Of a DNA stretch of 64,000 nucleotides, positions 1-12,486 are shown one piece after another (the stretch's first letter is position 1; the number at the start of each line of letters is the position of its first letter). Below the pieces are notes generated by a model. That model was given only the letters and a program-made list of their open reading frames with translations. It made no database searches and was not told the origin of the DNA. This DNA is from Schmidtea polychroa (Eukaryota). The stretch spans positions 2,666,001 to 2,730,000 of the forward strand of contig CM097888.1 in the NCBI GenBank assembly GCA_044892525.1, written 5' to 3'. A program made the position numbers and the translations under genes.

Positions 1-269
1 TCCTTCCTTTCCGTTTTCTTCGCCAAGTTTCAAAATATTATCTCAATCACCCTTTCAGTCCCCCCTCGCCAAGTTATTTTAATTCTTAATTATTATTTAG
101 GCATCCTCAACATTATTTATNNNNNNNNNNNNNNNNNNNNNNNNNNNNNNNNNNNNNNNNNNNNNNNNNNNNNNNNNNNNNNNNNNNNNNNNNNNNNNNN
201 NNNNNNNNNNNNNNNNNNNNNNNNNNNNNNNNNNNNNNNNNNNNNNNNNNNNNNNNTTATTCATTTCAG

Positions 270-470
270 GTCCGACGATCTAATCATAAAGATCTTTGCC
301 CAGTTCATTTAGTTTCTTTCAAAGGATATTTTTCTATTTTGCACTACCTAATTCAGTCTGGGGTCGATGTCAATCAATCCACGACCACCCTCTTCCGTCA
401 GCCTTTGCACCATGCTGCCATGTCTCATCAACTGTCTTGCTCTCAGGTGTGCTTATTATTTGCAATGAAT
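270..470 (-). mobile_element. Non-LTR retrotransposon RT/thumb-region remnant (R4/Dong-like)
   Basis: Minus strand reads RQLMRHGSMVQRLTEEGGRGLIDID, resembling the RLYLPRxxGGRGL motif of R4/Dong-type RTs. Stops nearby and an N gap adjacent. Confidence 0.45.
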
Positions 471-1006
471 AATTTCATTTGTAAGTACATCTAGAATAAA
501 TTTATAATTATTATAAACATTCTCAGTCACCACATTTCCATAAAATAATTTCCACTCAATATGATGGGGTTTTAATCATATTAATCATCCTAATTTTGTC
601 CAGTCAATTTATGGTGCATATTTTGTTCAATTTAACCCAGTATTTCTTTTTAAACTGTAACAATATATTTCACAGAAAATAAGACCTAACCAAAAAATAA
701 GCTCTAGCATGATTTGGAAGAGAATTATAATTGTATTTCAATAAATATAGGTTTGTGAACATAAAAGAATAAGGTATGTTAAATGTTAAAAACTTCTCAA
801 TTTGAAGTTTTGTCTAATAGTCATGGTAACTGTAAGGACTTCCTAATGAATTAGTATAATTATTAATATTATTACACAGCTTATTATTAAAAGATTACAT
901 ACTATTTAACAGTTATAAAATATTTATAAAATCTGTTGTAGAATCCATCTAAAAAGGGTGATTAATAACAAGAAATTGATATTAATGATAATAATAATAA
1001 TAATAA

Positions 1007-2050
1007 TGTTGAGGTTTTAAAAGTAAATTATTAAATTTTATTATCAAATATTCATTATATATTCATGACTTCTTCCTTTTATTTTATATAAGTGTTGAGG
1101 TTTTAAAAGTAAATTATTAAATTATATAGTTCAGATTAAAAGGAAAACCGAAATTGAATGGCGGTCAAGCAGAGAAGCAATGGCAAAGAAAGATATGATA
1201 AAAACAAAACTATAAAAGGGTACAATCAGACATAAAATGGAAAATGCGCAAACCTGAGAAAGTGGAAAAAGTGAAAAGTTATCGAAATTGAAGCTGGAAA
1301 ATTGGAGAGGATAGATTAGGGGATGTTGAAGAAGACAGTGAGCAAGACATTGTTAGAAAATGTTTAGAAAGGGTCGTAAAATAGGCAAATATGAAAAAAC
1401 GCAAAATATTAATTAACTAATTAATTAATTAATTGGCTAATGGGAAACCCGAGCCAATGGAGAACCCGAGCAACGAAAAAATCCGAGCACGGCAATTTGG
1501 AAAGATAAACAAACGAGGAATTCAGAGCCGGATAAACGAGAGTAAACAAAAGAAGAGGAATTACGAAGAGAGTCAACAGAAATAGGTAATTAGGGAATGA
1601 TAACCAAAGAAGTCAAAACCAATTAGGTCAAAAATGGGTCAATTACAACGATTACGGGAGTATATATGGAAACTCCAAATTCACATTATCGGCGGTAGCC
1701 TTAGGTAGGGAAGAAGAAACAGACGATAGGAGTCCGAGGAATAAAATAAAAGAAGAAAAAGAATTATAAGAGGAATTGAGGAGTGAAAAGGAATATTAAA
1801 ATAGTTCGGATCAGAGAGCAGAATCAAACAAAACGGTGAAACTTAATTTTAAATCGTAAAAGGTCGAGACCTTCCAGAGCGGAGTTCGATTAGAAATTGT
1901 GAGAAAATTGTGGTTAACTAAAAGCGTCTTATTTATTGAGTTATTTATTGAGAATTGTAAATTTTCTGTAAAACAAATATACGTTGGGAGTTTTTGTTTA
2001 TTAATTTTTGGAACACGTGGAGTCAGAGTAACCAACGGTTGATTTTTGGT
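1007..2050 (-). mobile_element. Degenerate retroelement (LTR/gag-like family) remnant
   Basis: Purine-rich plus strand. 1485-1605 is the reverse complement of 41575-41716, and 1400-1460 resembles 5600-5670. Begins with tgttgagg after (taa)n. No intact ORF. Confidence 0.35.
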
Positions 2051-2830
2051 ATCATAAAACCCAACAATAAATATAATAATAATAATGATGTTGAGGCTCG
2101 TCTAGAGTGGAGCAAAAATAAATTTGAATGTGCAAATCGATAAAATACCAAAAATATAAAAATTAAAAATTGACGTATTTCCCGTATGTACGAATAGCAA
2201 ATAATGAGACGAACACAAATACAAGAACAAGATATTCGTAAAAATGGAAATTGATTAAAAATAAATAAATAATTTATTAGCTATGTAGGAAATATGAGTG
2301 GTAAATAAGAAAATAATGATATTAGGCTTCCTCTAAAATTAATAAAGATGATCAGTTTCGAATTAACGTCTGCTTAATTGTTTTGCTTTGAGGAAATTTT
2401 GGTTGCTGTCTAATTCAATTTTTTAATTGGAGAATCAAGATAAAAAGACACGACACTGGTAGCCAAGTGCCAGTTTGATCGAAAAATAAAGAAGTCACCA
2501 AGAGATTCCTACGAAAGAGAATAGAGAAAATAGTTGAAATTTGAACAAAAGGAGATCAAAGTGTAAGAAAACGAAACTCTTGTCAAATAAAATTTATAAA
2601 AGGAAAAATCATATTCAAAATTCAAAAAGGTGGTTTCTAGTTGAGTTACTTACTTTATTAATTTTTATAGAAGAGTGAAGGTAACACATGCANNNNNNNN
2701 NNNNNNNNNNNNNNNNNNNNNNNNNNNNNNNNNNNNNNNNNNNNNNNNNNNNNNNNNNNNNNNNNNNNNNNNNNNNNNNNNNNNNNNNNNNNNNNNNNNN
2801 NNNNNNNNNNNNNNNNNNNNNNNNNNNNNN

Positions 2831-3005
2831 AAAAATCCTCAAATTTGTAGAACCCTTTGCATGCAGTTCTGACCATTAAACTAATTTCTACGCAAAACGA
2901 GCGGAATTTTTCTATTGTAACAGATTTTGTTATCAAAAAAGAACGAGAATGGGAGATTCAACTTTGGACTCTTTGTGTTTCTTAAAACATTACAAAAATG
3001 ATTGA
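2831..3005 (+). mobile_element. hAT transposase C-terminal dimerisation-domain remnant
   Basis: Reads NERNFSIVTDFVIKK / RTRMGDSTLDSLCFLKHYKND* with one frameshift. ttctcgagaa subterminal-type repeats follow at about 3100-3150. Confidence 0.7.
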
Positions 3006-3283
3006 CTTTATTATATTTTTATTTTTTATTTTGTGTATAATAAAAATGTGAATTTCAGTTTATATTATAGTGCATTGAATTTTTATTTTAATAAGTTATT
3101 TTCTCAAGAAATCTCGAGAAAACAAATATGTGTTTACTTTTCTCGAGAAATTAAAAAAGGATGAGAAATGTGAAACACAAAAAATAACAATAATTCTTTT
3201 ATATCCTAGTATTTGTATTCGCACTATCAAAATTGAAAATTTTCTGTATAAAATCTAGAGCTTTGAAATATTTATTCATTCAG

Positions 3284-6200
3284 TTACTCATAAATGCAGG
3301 CGGTCAAATTGACGCAAAAGATACATTTGGTAATACACCGCTTCATTATGCAGCGGAAGATGGCGAGAATAATTTATTAACCCTTTTATTGCAAAATGGA
3401 GCTAATTCGGATTCACAGGTTTATGCTANNNNNNNNNNNNNNNNNNNNNNNNNNNNNNNNNNNNNNNNNNNNNNNNNNNNNNNNNNNNNNNNNNNNNNNN
3501 NNNNNNNNNNNNNNNNNNNNNNNNNNNNNNNNNNNNNNNNNNNNNNNNNNNNNNNNNNNNNNNNNNNNNNNNNNNNNNNNNNNNNAAAATAATTATTTAC
3601 TATTGCGATAATTTAGAGCGTATTTGTTTCTCAGTTTTTTGGAAGACTGAATGTGATTTATGTTTGCGCCATTTCTATAGCTCAGAAATTAGAGTTGTCA
3701 TGGCAAAATTTTTCTATTAATTTGTATTAGTCGGGGAACAATCAAATCCAACCTCCATGCCATAAAGCCCCAACTAAAAGCTTGTATAATTATGCATGTT
3801 TTCATTGACCTTCATGTAACATTGCCGCTTCTGCATAATTTGTCCGCACACAGCTGGATTGCAGAAATATTTTCACTTTCTATTTCTTTTTTGACGTGGA
3901 GGAATTTGAGTATTCAATTTTTCATTTCTTCGAATGTTTTCAGGTCTTGTAATCTCGAATTTTCTGTTGTTCCAATCTTCAATAGTATTTTGAATGAAAG
4001 TACTTTCATATAATTTTCCATGAAAACTATTCTTTTCGTTACTACGTTTTTTTGCTTACTTTTCGATTTTTTAAAGAAACTTCGTAATCAAATCATTCTC
4101 TATTTGATATGATAAAGGAGCATTAATATCACTTGTCAAATTTGATAGTTTTCTTTTTGAAGTGTAATTCAACATCTATTTAATCAAATTTTCGAGTCGC
4201 CTCTATTGATAATAACGCCTTGATAAATATTTCTCCATTTGAATAAGTACTAGGAATTGCCTTTTTCTTCGATAACTTTTCCCATGTCATTATCAAGGTT
4301 CAAATGTTTAAAATAAATTGAAGAATAGGCATGGCCGCCATGCCATAAGATTTAATTTTATTCATAATAACAATATTTTTTGATATTCAAAAATGTATTT
4401 CCAAATCATATTTGTATAGAATGCTAATTAAATAACAACAATAACTTTATGAACAATGTCATCATTCAATTTCAACATACCACGAATCTCCAAATATTTA
4501 TATATTTATATATACATCTTACAGCTGCTGTTTTTTAAATCTTAGTATGCTAGATATTTCAAAATGGTATTCAGTTGGGAATATATCTGGTAAATAAATG
4601 TAATGATACAGAATTTTTCATGTCAGTTTGTGTCATTATCAAGATTGAGTCGCCTTTCGTACTTTAGGAATCGTATTTGAATTATAATCAACTTTTGAAC
4701 ATATTTATGGTTATTCTTGTCTTGCTTTGATGATGTTATTGTGATCCAGGAGTTAACATGATTATCTTATATAAAACTACTTTAGTATTATTTTTCTAAG
4801 CTTCAATTTCTTCGTAATAGCTCCATTTAATGATGAAAGTAGTGTATGATGCGAATTTTTCATTACATAACACAATTCATTCAGGATATGAATTGTTTAT
4901 AACAGAGGCCCTAAATTCTTTATTTGGTTTTTATCGGGTTTTTGTTAGAAATTATCGAAATCAGTAACTATGTTATTGGACACCAGAATCGGTTCACTTC
5001 ATTGTGCCACGTTTATCAAATGTATATAAATACATTGGATATCTTACAAACTAGGCGTATAAAAAACTCATTATCCTTGTGTACAAAATAGATGCAAACT
5101 CACTCAATATTTATAATAGCATTAGGCAAAGATAATAAATTTAGTAGAATTAAATTATTTTTGTTTGAATGTTATATTTAACATGTCTGCTCGCCTCCAA
5201 ATAGGATTGATTTTCTTACTAAGTAATGACAAGAGCCAAATAATTTCGAAACTAGTTAGTCATTAGAAGTTGCATTGAATATCATGGAAAACTTTATTTC
5301 AAACAGCACCAATTCAAAAAACAAAATCGTTTGATTATAGTTTTCATAGTTTGATTCATCTTAGCATTTTAGGTTACACTATTTAGGTTATATGTTGTGT
5401 TGGGGTTCAACAAGGGAGGTACAAAAATGAGGTGAAAAATCAATATAAACACCAAATTCAATATTAATTAAAAATCCAAAAAAAATTAAAAATGACTATT
5501 TTCCGGGGAAAACTGGTATAGGTGGATGTTGTACAATGAGACAAGTTAAAAAAAAATAAAATAAAATAAATGGGGGGGTCCCTAGAAGGAATTAATTACA
5601 AAAATTAAAATTAATTAAAAATTAATTAGCTAATAGAAAACCAAAGCAGTTTGAGAGAACCCGAGTGGTCAATCAAATTGGTTAGAGGCAATTAAATCAG
5701 CTGACGAATAATTAAATTGGGGCAAGCTATCAAAAAGAAAAGAAAATTGCTCAAACTAATTAAGTAGATGAGGAAGCCTGGGGCAAATAGAATCAAAATA
5801 ATTTGAAAGGGGAAAATCAAATTAGGAGATGGGTATAAAACAACCGGCAAGTAAACAGGATTGCCAATAGGTCGAAGAAACGCAAAGGGATAATCTAGCG
5901 AGAGGAAGCAAAGGAGAATTGAACTTAGTGACAACTATATATTTTCAAATCGAGCGTACCAGAAAGGGACATCTCCCGTCAGAATATTAATCCTCGTGTA
6001 AGATTCAGATTGATATTGAAAGGTGCAGAGCAAAAGAGTTGTTTAAAGTTGTGGTTGTTTCATTTAAGAGTGTAATCAAAAGTGTAATTGTATTAGTCTC
6101 GAATAAAGATTATTGTGTTGGGTTGGTTAAGTTAATTTCAAAAAGGACATCAAGGAGTCAGACCGTGACACCACCTTGCACAAAATACACAACAGTTGGA

Positions 6201-9200
6201 ATATTTTTTATTTCCAGATATTTATTGAAAAACAATGCATCTATTTTTGTTTATTCACAAAAAAGTTACCGTATATGCTTGCGTATAAGTCGTAGTAAAA
6301 AAAGTAAAAAAAATTAAGATATTTATTGTTAAAAAATTTGACATCTTCAAAAAGTTCAGATCAATCATCAAAAAGTTCATTGTAGAACTCATCTGAAACA
6401 TCTCCAACATGGTCCTCTGTGTAATCATTACTGTATAATTAAAAAATTAATACTACAAATTATAACCAATTTAATAATTTCGTTAAAAGTTAATTTGTAC
6501 TTTTTTTGACCGTGTATAAGTCGAAGTGGCTATTTTGACTTGAAAATTTGACGTAAATTTCTCGACTTATACTCGAGTATATAAGGTAATTAAAAATTAA
6601 AACATTAAACTACATTAATATTTTATTGAATTGTTGAAAATCAATGTAAAAATCTATAAATCCATGCTTAAATAAATTATTTCAATAATTTTCATATTAA
6701 TGTTTGAAGATCATATTAACTATAGATCATATTATATTAGGTACTCGATATTTCGGCAGAGCCTTTAATGATATATTACAATAATAAACTGATAAATTGT
6801 CAGTGTAGATTCAGATCCATTGTGAATTAGAAATTCGATTTTTGGTCTTCCAGCTTCGGTTATAACATCAAATGACCAGTGTTTCATGTCACTTTGCACT
6901 GATAGTTCATCAAACTTTCTACCAAATAATCTTTTAGCATCAAATACAGTATTATTAGAATTCATTGCAACTTGATTCTGAGCCGCATCGCCGATTAAGC
7001 GTTTTTACATAACTTTAATTTCAGTAGATAAATTCCAAATCCAAGAATATCCAAAAATAAATACTGAATCTCGAATTAAAACTAAAAATGAACCAAATAA
7101 AATCCCTATCATAATCATCCCTTAGTTGTAAATTAAAAATTATCTAAAAGAAATCAGTCAGCTTTAAGTGAACTTTTACTGCTATTTATTTCCATTGCCC
7201 AAAAGATGAATTCAGAATGTATCATAAAAATCTATTTCAGTAATCGTTGAGTAGATAAGTTTCTTTATCTCTTTGCTCCAGTTTCATGCAACTCTGGAAC
7301 AATTAACACATAATTCTCCNNNNNNNNNNNNNNNNNNNNNNNNNNNNNNNNNNNNNNNNNNNNNNNNNNNNNNNNNNNNNNNNNNNNNNNNNNNNNNNNN
7401 NNNNNNNNNNNNNNNNNNNNNNNNNNNNNNNNNNNNNNNNNNNNNNNNNNNNNNNNNNNNNNNNNNNNACGACAATAATTATTATGAAGGTCTATACAGT
7501 TTACTTGACTTCTTCCGACATCCAGATTACAACTGCGTACATTTTTATACCATACGTAACGAAGTAGTAATTTATTAAAAGTTAACCATCCATATAACTC
7601 CCATAGAGATGTATCATAAGTACATTGACATGCATTCTTTCCAAGTATCTTTGTACGAGTATATTTTATCATTATCCAATTAAAAATTGTAACGACTCAA
7701 AAATTGCAAGCATATTAACGAACTTGAACATTAAATGGTTCAAAATTGTCCTAAATGTAACCAATATTATTGTCAAGGATATAACCAACAAAACCCCTCT
7801 GATGAAAGCTACCAGAAGTGGCCGCATTGGTGCAGTTAAAAGACTTCTAGTTGTCGGATGCAATGTCAATGTCAAAGATAAAAATGAAGACACTGCGCTA
7901 CACTACGCAGCTAGACAGGGTTCAGCAGATTTAATTCTAATGCTTTTAAAAGTGAGATTATTGGTTTGCATTTTACTTTCTCTGGCCTGTACTTAACGTA
8001 TTATTCCCTTCATTAACGTGTCTTTCTCACAGATTTCCCTTAATCAATATTTAGCATCAATTGTTGGGACTCTTCACAATATTCCTCTTTAATTAATGTC
8101 TTACAAATGATCTTCAATGAACTTTCAATTAATATTCACTTCTGGTTTACATATTCAAAACTTCTTCCAAATTCTTTCTTTTATTAATCCATTTCTTTTT
8201 ATAAATTCTCATTTTACTTAATCTCTTTTGATTCGTATTTCTCTATCTAAGACTTAGAGCTGATTTCTTTAATAGTTCATTAATTTTGATAACCAGCAAA
8301 TCTCTATGCTGAGATTCTGCAAGATTTTTTCCACTACAAACTGGAAAGAAACCAATGGAGTAACGTTGTTGTATGATTATGATAATATGTATGATAATGA
8401 CCATACATATTGGACTTTTCTTCTAACTAATTAATTTATCATATTCTCTTTTGGCATCTGTTCTTTTATAACTTAATTCTCACTCTACTATTCGCTATTA
8501 TTCCCCCCCCCCCTGTCAAGCCCATTTTTCATTATTTAATTCGAATAATTAATTATTGTTGATTTTCTGTAAATCCAAATTTCAGTACTTTTCCACTTAA
8601 TTACGAACTCTTCCATAATTCTGTTCTCATTCCATTTCTCCCTGCTTTCAATTCTATCTACGACCATCTCTACTACATCTCTCATTCATCTTGTTTATAT
8701 TCATTTTTATTTTAAAATTATTTTAATTTTACAATTTTAACATTTTCAATAAATTGCATTTCCCACGTTATATATTTCCATTCAGTTAAATAAAATACAA
8801 AGAAAATTTAACAGGAATCCACGACAATCCAGTAGACAATTATTTCCCGGGACAGTTAATACCGATTTTTTGAAATATTTATTTATTTATTCATTCTTTA
8901 TTTGTTAATTATTATTAATAATTATTACACATAACTGAAAGGGGTTTATTGTACAATTTGTACATGCACTCATTCAATTTACTGTTAATCATATGAAAGT
9001 CTCCAATAAATATTATTGAGATTAATGCAGGGTCGGAACCTTGTCATTGCAAAGAGCCACATGAAAAAATACCATTGTATAAACCCCATTCAATATGCAT
9101 ACAGTGTAACTTAAATAATATAACAAACAGAAAAATAAATTGCAGTTTTATTACAGTTTGACAAATAATTTACAAGTTAATTAAAATAAAATAAATCAAT

Positions 9201-10587
9201 TTAATTTAATTAAATGTTAATTAGAAAAGTAATCAATTTTCAAAAATATCTATGTTATTTATTAAAACTAAATTTGAATGGGAACATTTTTAAATGAACC
9301 AATTTCGCAAAATATTATCCAAGAGCCACATGGTGAATTTATTTCGGCAAAATACCCAAGAGCCACGTGATAAAGCTCAAAGAGCCGCAGGTTCCCGACC
9401 CCATGGATTAACGTATAAATAATATTTTATTATTAATGGCACAAGTAATAATGTCATACATAATTAAACATTAACTTTCTAGTGTAATAGATGAGCCATT
9501 TCTTAAACTGGGATTAACTGTTTCAGATCAAGTGTATGTAGCAAGTTCCATAATAATTTTATAAATATTTTATTCCATTTGATGAGGGGTATTTCAATAA
9601 ATTTAACCCTTAACGGTTGTAAATCACCTCTGACCTGACAACAATATATACAATATACAAAGATAGCGCCTGATAAGGGTTAAAATCGAAATAATGACTT
9701 CAAATTAATTTTATTTTCAATTTTATTAATATTTAGTGACTTTTAAATATTTCTTTTGTAATATTTAAATATTAAATCTAGTGATAAATGTACATAATTA
9801 CTAATTCAATATTATAACATACAAAGTTGAGTTTTGATAAAGGGATTTCTGAGCCGAAGGCTCGTTGTGGCATTTAATCATCCTCATTGCCATCACCGAT
9901 TTCTAAGGTTGTCATTCCAAATTACGTATGAATTTAAATTTCCAGTACGATGCCAGAATAGATGCTCAAAATCAGTGGGGTCTTACTCCCCTTATGGAGG
10001 CTGTGTCATACAGCCAACAATCAGTCGTTCAAATTCTTATCCGCAGCAAGTGTGATCTGTATAAGCGAGACTATAGAACAGGAGACACTGCATTGCATGT
10101 GGCTGTAAGAAAGAATTATGTTCATCTAGTTGAGATGCTTTTGAAAGCTGGCAAATGGTACATAGAATATAATTTCAATAACTTTGGAGAATCTTTCGTT
10201 CATGACGCTGTCTGGTACAATCGATGTGAACTTGTTCGTCTGTTCCTAATGCATAATTATAATTTTGATTATCCCGCAAAGAAGTTGGCATCGGGGACAG
10301 AAAAATCTCCATTTCAACTTGTTCTTGAACGGGGACATTTGGAACTTGCAAAAGTGTTGTCACGTGTTTGTTGTTATTGGAGTAAAAATTCTAACACCAT
10401 CAAACGAATCGAGTTTCAGGAACTTGAAGAGGTAAAAAGTTTGAGACAATGGTGCAGAAAAATAATCCGAAGGCAATTAGGATTTCATATTTATGAAAAG
10501 CTGCAAAAAATCAATCTGCCCCCCGCACTGATTGAATACATTCAATTGGAAGATATCAAATGGGGCCCGAAAATTTCGGTCAAGTGA
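3284..10587 (+). CDS. Ankyrin repeat and SOCS box protein (ASB family), 5' end not found
   Basis: Exons 3284-3418, 7778-7951 and 9946-10587, all phase 0 with AG/GT sites. The joins restore ankyrin repeats (GANSDSQ|[11 protein letters not shown]; LMLLK|[19 protein letters not shown]). C-terminal SOCS box [17 protein letters not shown]...[11 protein letters not shown]. Confidence 0.92.
5560..6010 (-). mobile_element. LTR retrotransposon gag-like remnant in ASB intron
   Basis: Minus frame [16 protein letters not shown] resembles the start of a Ty3/gypsy gag. Shares the gagaacccgag block with about 1460. Confidence 0.4.
6834..7004 (-). pseudogene. hsp70: HSP70 N-terminal ATPase-domain fragment, intronless, antisense in ASB intron
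   Basis: [57 protein letters not shown] matches cytosolic HSP70. Preceded by an in-frame stop and followed by unrelated sequence. Confidence 0.9.
9028..9405. mobile_element. hAT (Charlie/Buster-type) MITE
   Basis: TIRs cagggtcggaacc / ggttcccgaccccatg. 8-bp TSD gattaatg / gattaacg with central TA. Internal agagccac repeats. Confidence 0.8.
9607..9679. mobile_element. Tiny piggyBac-type MITE candidate
   Basis: TTAA on both sides (9603-9606, 9680-9683). Ends ccctta...taaggg. Confidence 0.45.
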
Positions 10588-11879
10588 ATTTGCCTACATA
10601 TCCGACATATTTTATTTATTTTTTGAGTTTCACAGTGATTTTCGATTAATGTTGAATTTGGAATATATTTTATTGCATAGCAACACGGACCGAGGGGGGA
10701 TATCTAGTATTTGCAAGTCTGGAGTGCTGCATGAGTCGATATTTTTGATTGAGATTCAATTTTATTTTTTAATTAAATATACTGATTTTCAAATTCAATT
10801 CCCATTTTGATTATTTTATTATCAATTTATTAATTATCGATTAGTAAATTATAATCAATATTATTAATAATTTAATAAATGATTGTGTGAATGTAGTTGT
10901 TGATAGTAAAAATTGATATATTTATATTATAGGTTCTCATTTCCCGCAAAGTTCGAATCCCGGGATAAAATATTCACATTAATTAGCACAAATTTAAGGG
11001 TGCGTGTCTTTATTTATCTTTATTCTTGTTATTGGTTTCTTTTTTGTAGTTATTAAATTTTTCCGCTTTCGAATTTTCTTTCTGGTCTTCTTTTTAATGT
11101 TTTCTCTTAGTTATTTGTTATTGATTTATTTTTGATTTACTATATAGAATTACTATATAGTTTCTTTTTGTTGGGTTGCAGGGGATATGACCCGAATAAA
11201 GATAAATATTACAATTTATAATTGTATTTAAAAAAACTACATGCAATCAATTAACGCTGCACTACAGTGCGATTCAAATGTTCAATATTTTGGATGAACC
11301 TTTCAGTAATTGGATTAAGATGTTCAGTAATTTGAATAAATAATAGTAATGGCATGTTAAAATTCATGAATTTGAACGCATTTCTGTCTGGTTTGTTATA
11401 CTGCCAAATGAGAAGTCATAGTGGGAAAGAGGAATCTGTAATCGCTTAACAGTTTCCAAGAAATACATATACAAGAATGTTGTTGGGTTTGCAATTATGC
11501 TGAAATTTTGTAGTCCACCACTTGCTGCTAAAATATTGATCAAAAGAGGAAGCGTTGCAAACCCTCAAAAGCCAAAAAAGCATTGCTAACCCTATAAAAT
11601 TGCTATCATTTAAATATTTTCAATAAATTTGACTATGGGTTTCACTGACATTTTTTGGGAATTTGAATTTGAATTTATATTTTATGTATTGCAATTATTT
11701 TTACTGAGTAAATTTCTATATATAAAATAATATTTAAAACGTTTACTACTTTGCATTATAATCTTTTTCACTGAACAAAATTATCTTACTTACTGAAACA
11801 TAATTTACTGAACATTTAATATTGGCTGCGAATTTAATCAATTAAATTTTTTGAAGACAAAAGATAAACTTTAATTAGA

Positions 11880-12486
11880 AAAACAAATACAAATGATTTC
11901 AAAGAAAATAGAAATCATAAAATTTATTAGATGGCTTAAAGAAAGATAAGTTGTCAAAATACTTAATGAAGACCGAATTTTCGCGATGAAAAGATTTTTT
12001 AAAGAAAACACTCTTAATTCAATTGATGCCGGTGCGATAGTCATTAATGCATTGAATATTTTAGTTACTTGTGCATTTCCATGTAGCTTCAAAAATATTC
12101 ATTTCTTCTGTGAAATATGCTGTAGAATCACGCTAGCTCTCCTTTGATTCAAAACAGTTTGGAAGCTTTCGCTTTCTCGCGGGTGTAAGGAAGTAGAATA
12201 TAATAACTACTCTCATTTTAGAGATATTATCATCCAAAGTCTGGCTATCCACTATTTCGATTTTAAAGAGGAACTTGATGTTTTCAGACTTCATCATCCG
12301 ACCATTGCTTTTTCTTATATAGCAAGTCGGGATTACTAAATTGCCATGCCTCAACTCCTCTAGAGTCATTTAGGTTGCTTTTGTTTTGATTCATTATCGC
12401 ACCATCCATATGAAAAAAAATTCAGTTGATATCAAACTTATCTACATGGGTTTCCTATCACATTGGGAGGAGTTGTAATAAAAGTT
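11880..12486 (-). mobile_element. hAT transposase pseudogene, 3' half (split by the foldback element)
   Basis: LMTIAPASIELRVFS..NLFIAKIRSSLS is the hAT dimerisation motif. Upstream DSQTLDDNISKMRVVI fits the hAT core. Confidence 0.65.

Noticed and set aside
4328-4344. Helitron 3' hairpin (ggcatgg-ccg-ccatgcc)
   Set aside because: No CTRR terminus at the right distance on either strand.
10951-10961. tRNA gene (gttcgaatccc B-box)
   Set aside because: No A-box, anticodon arm or acceptor stem around it.
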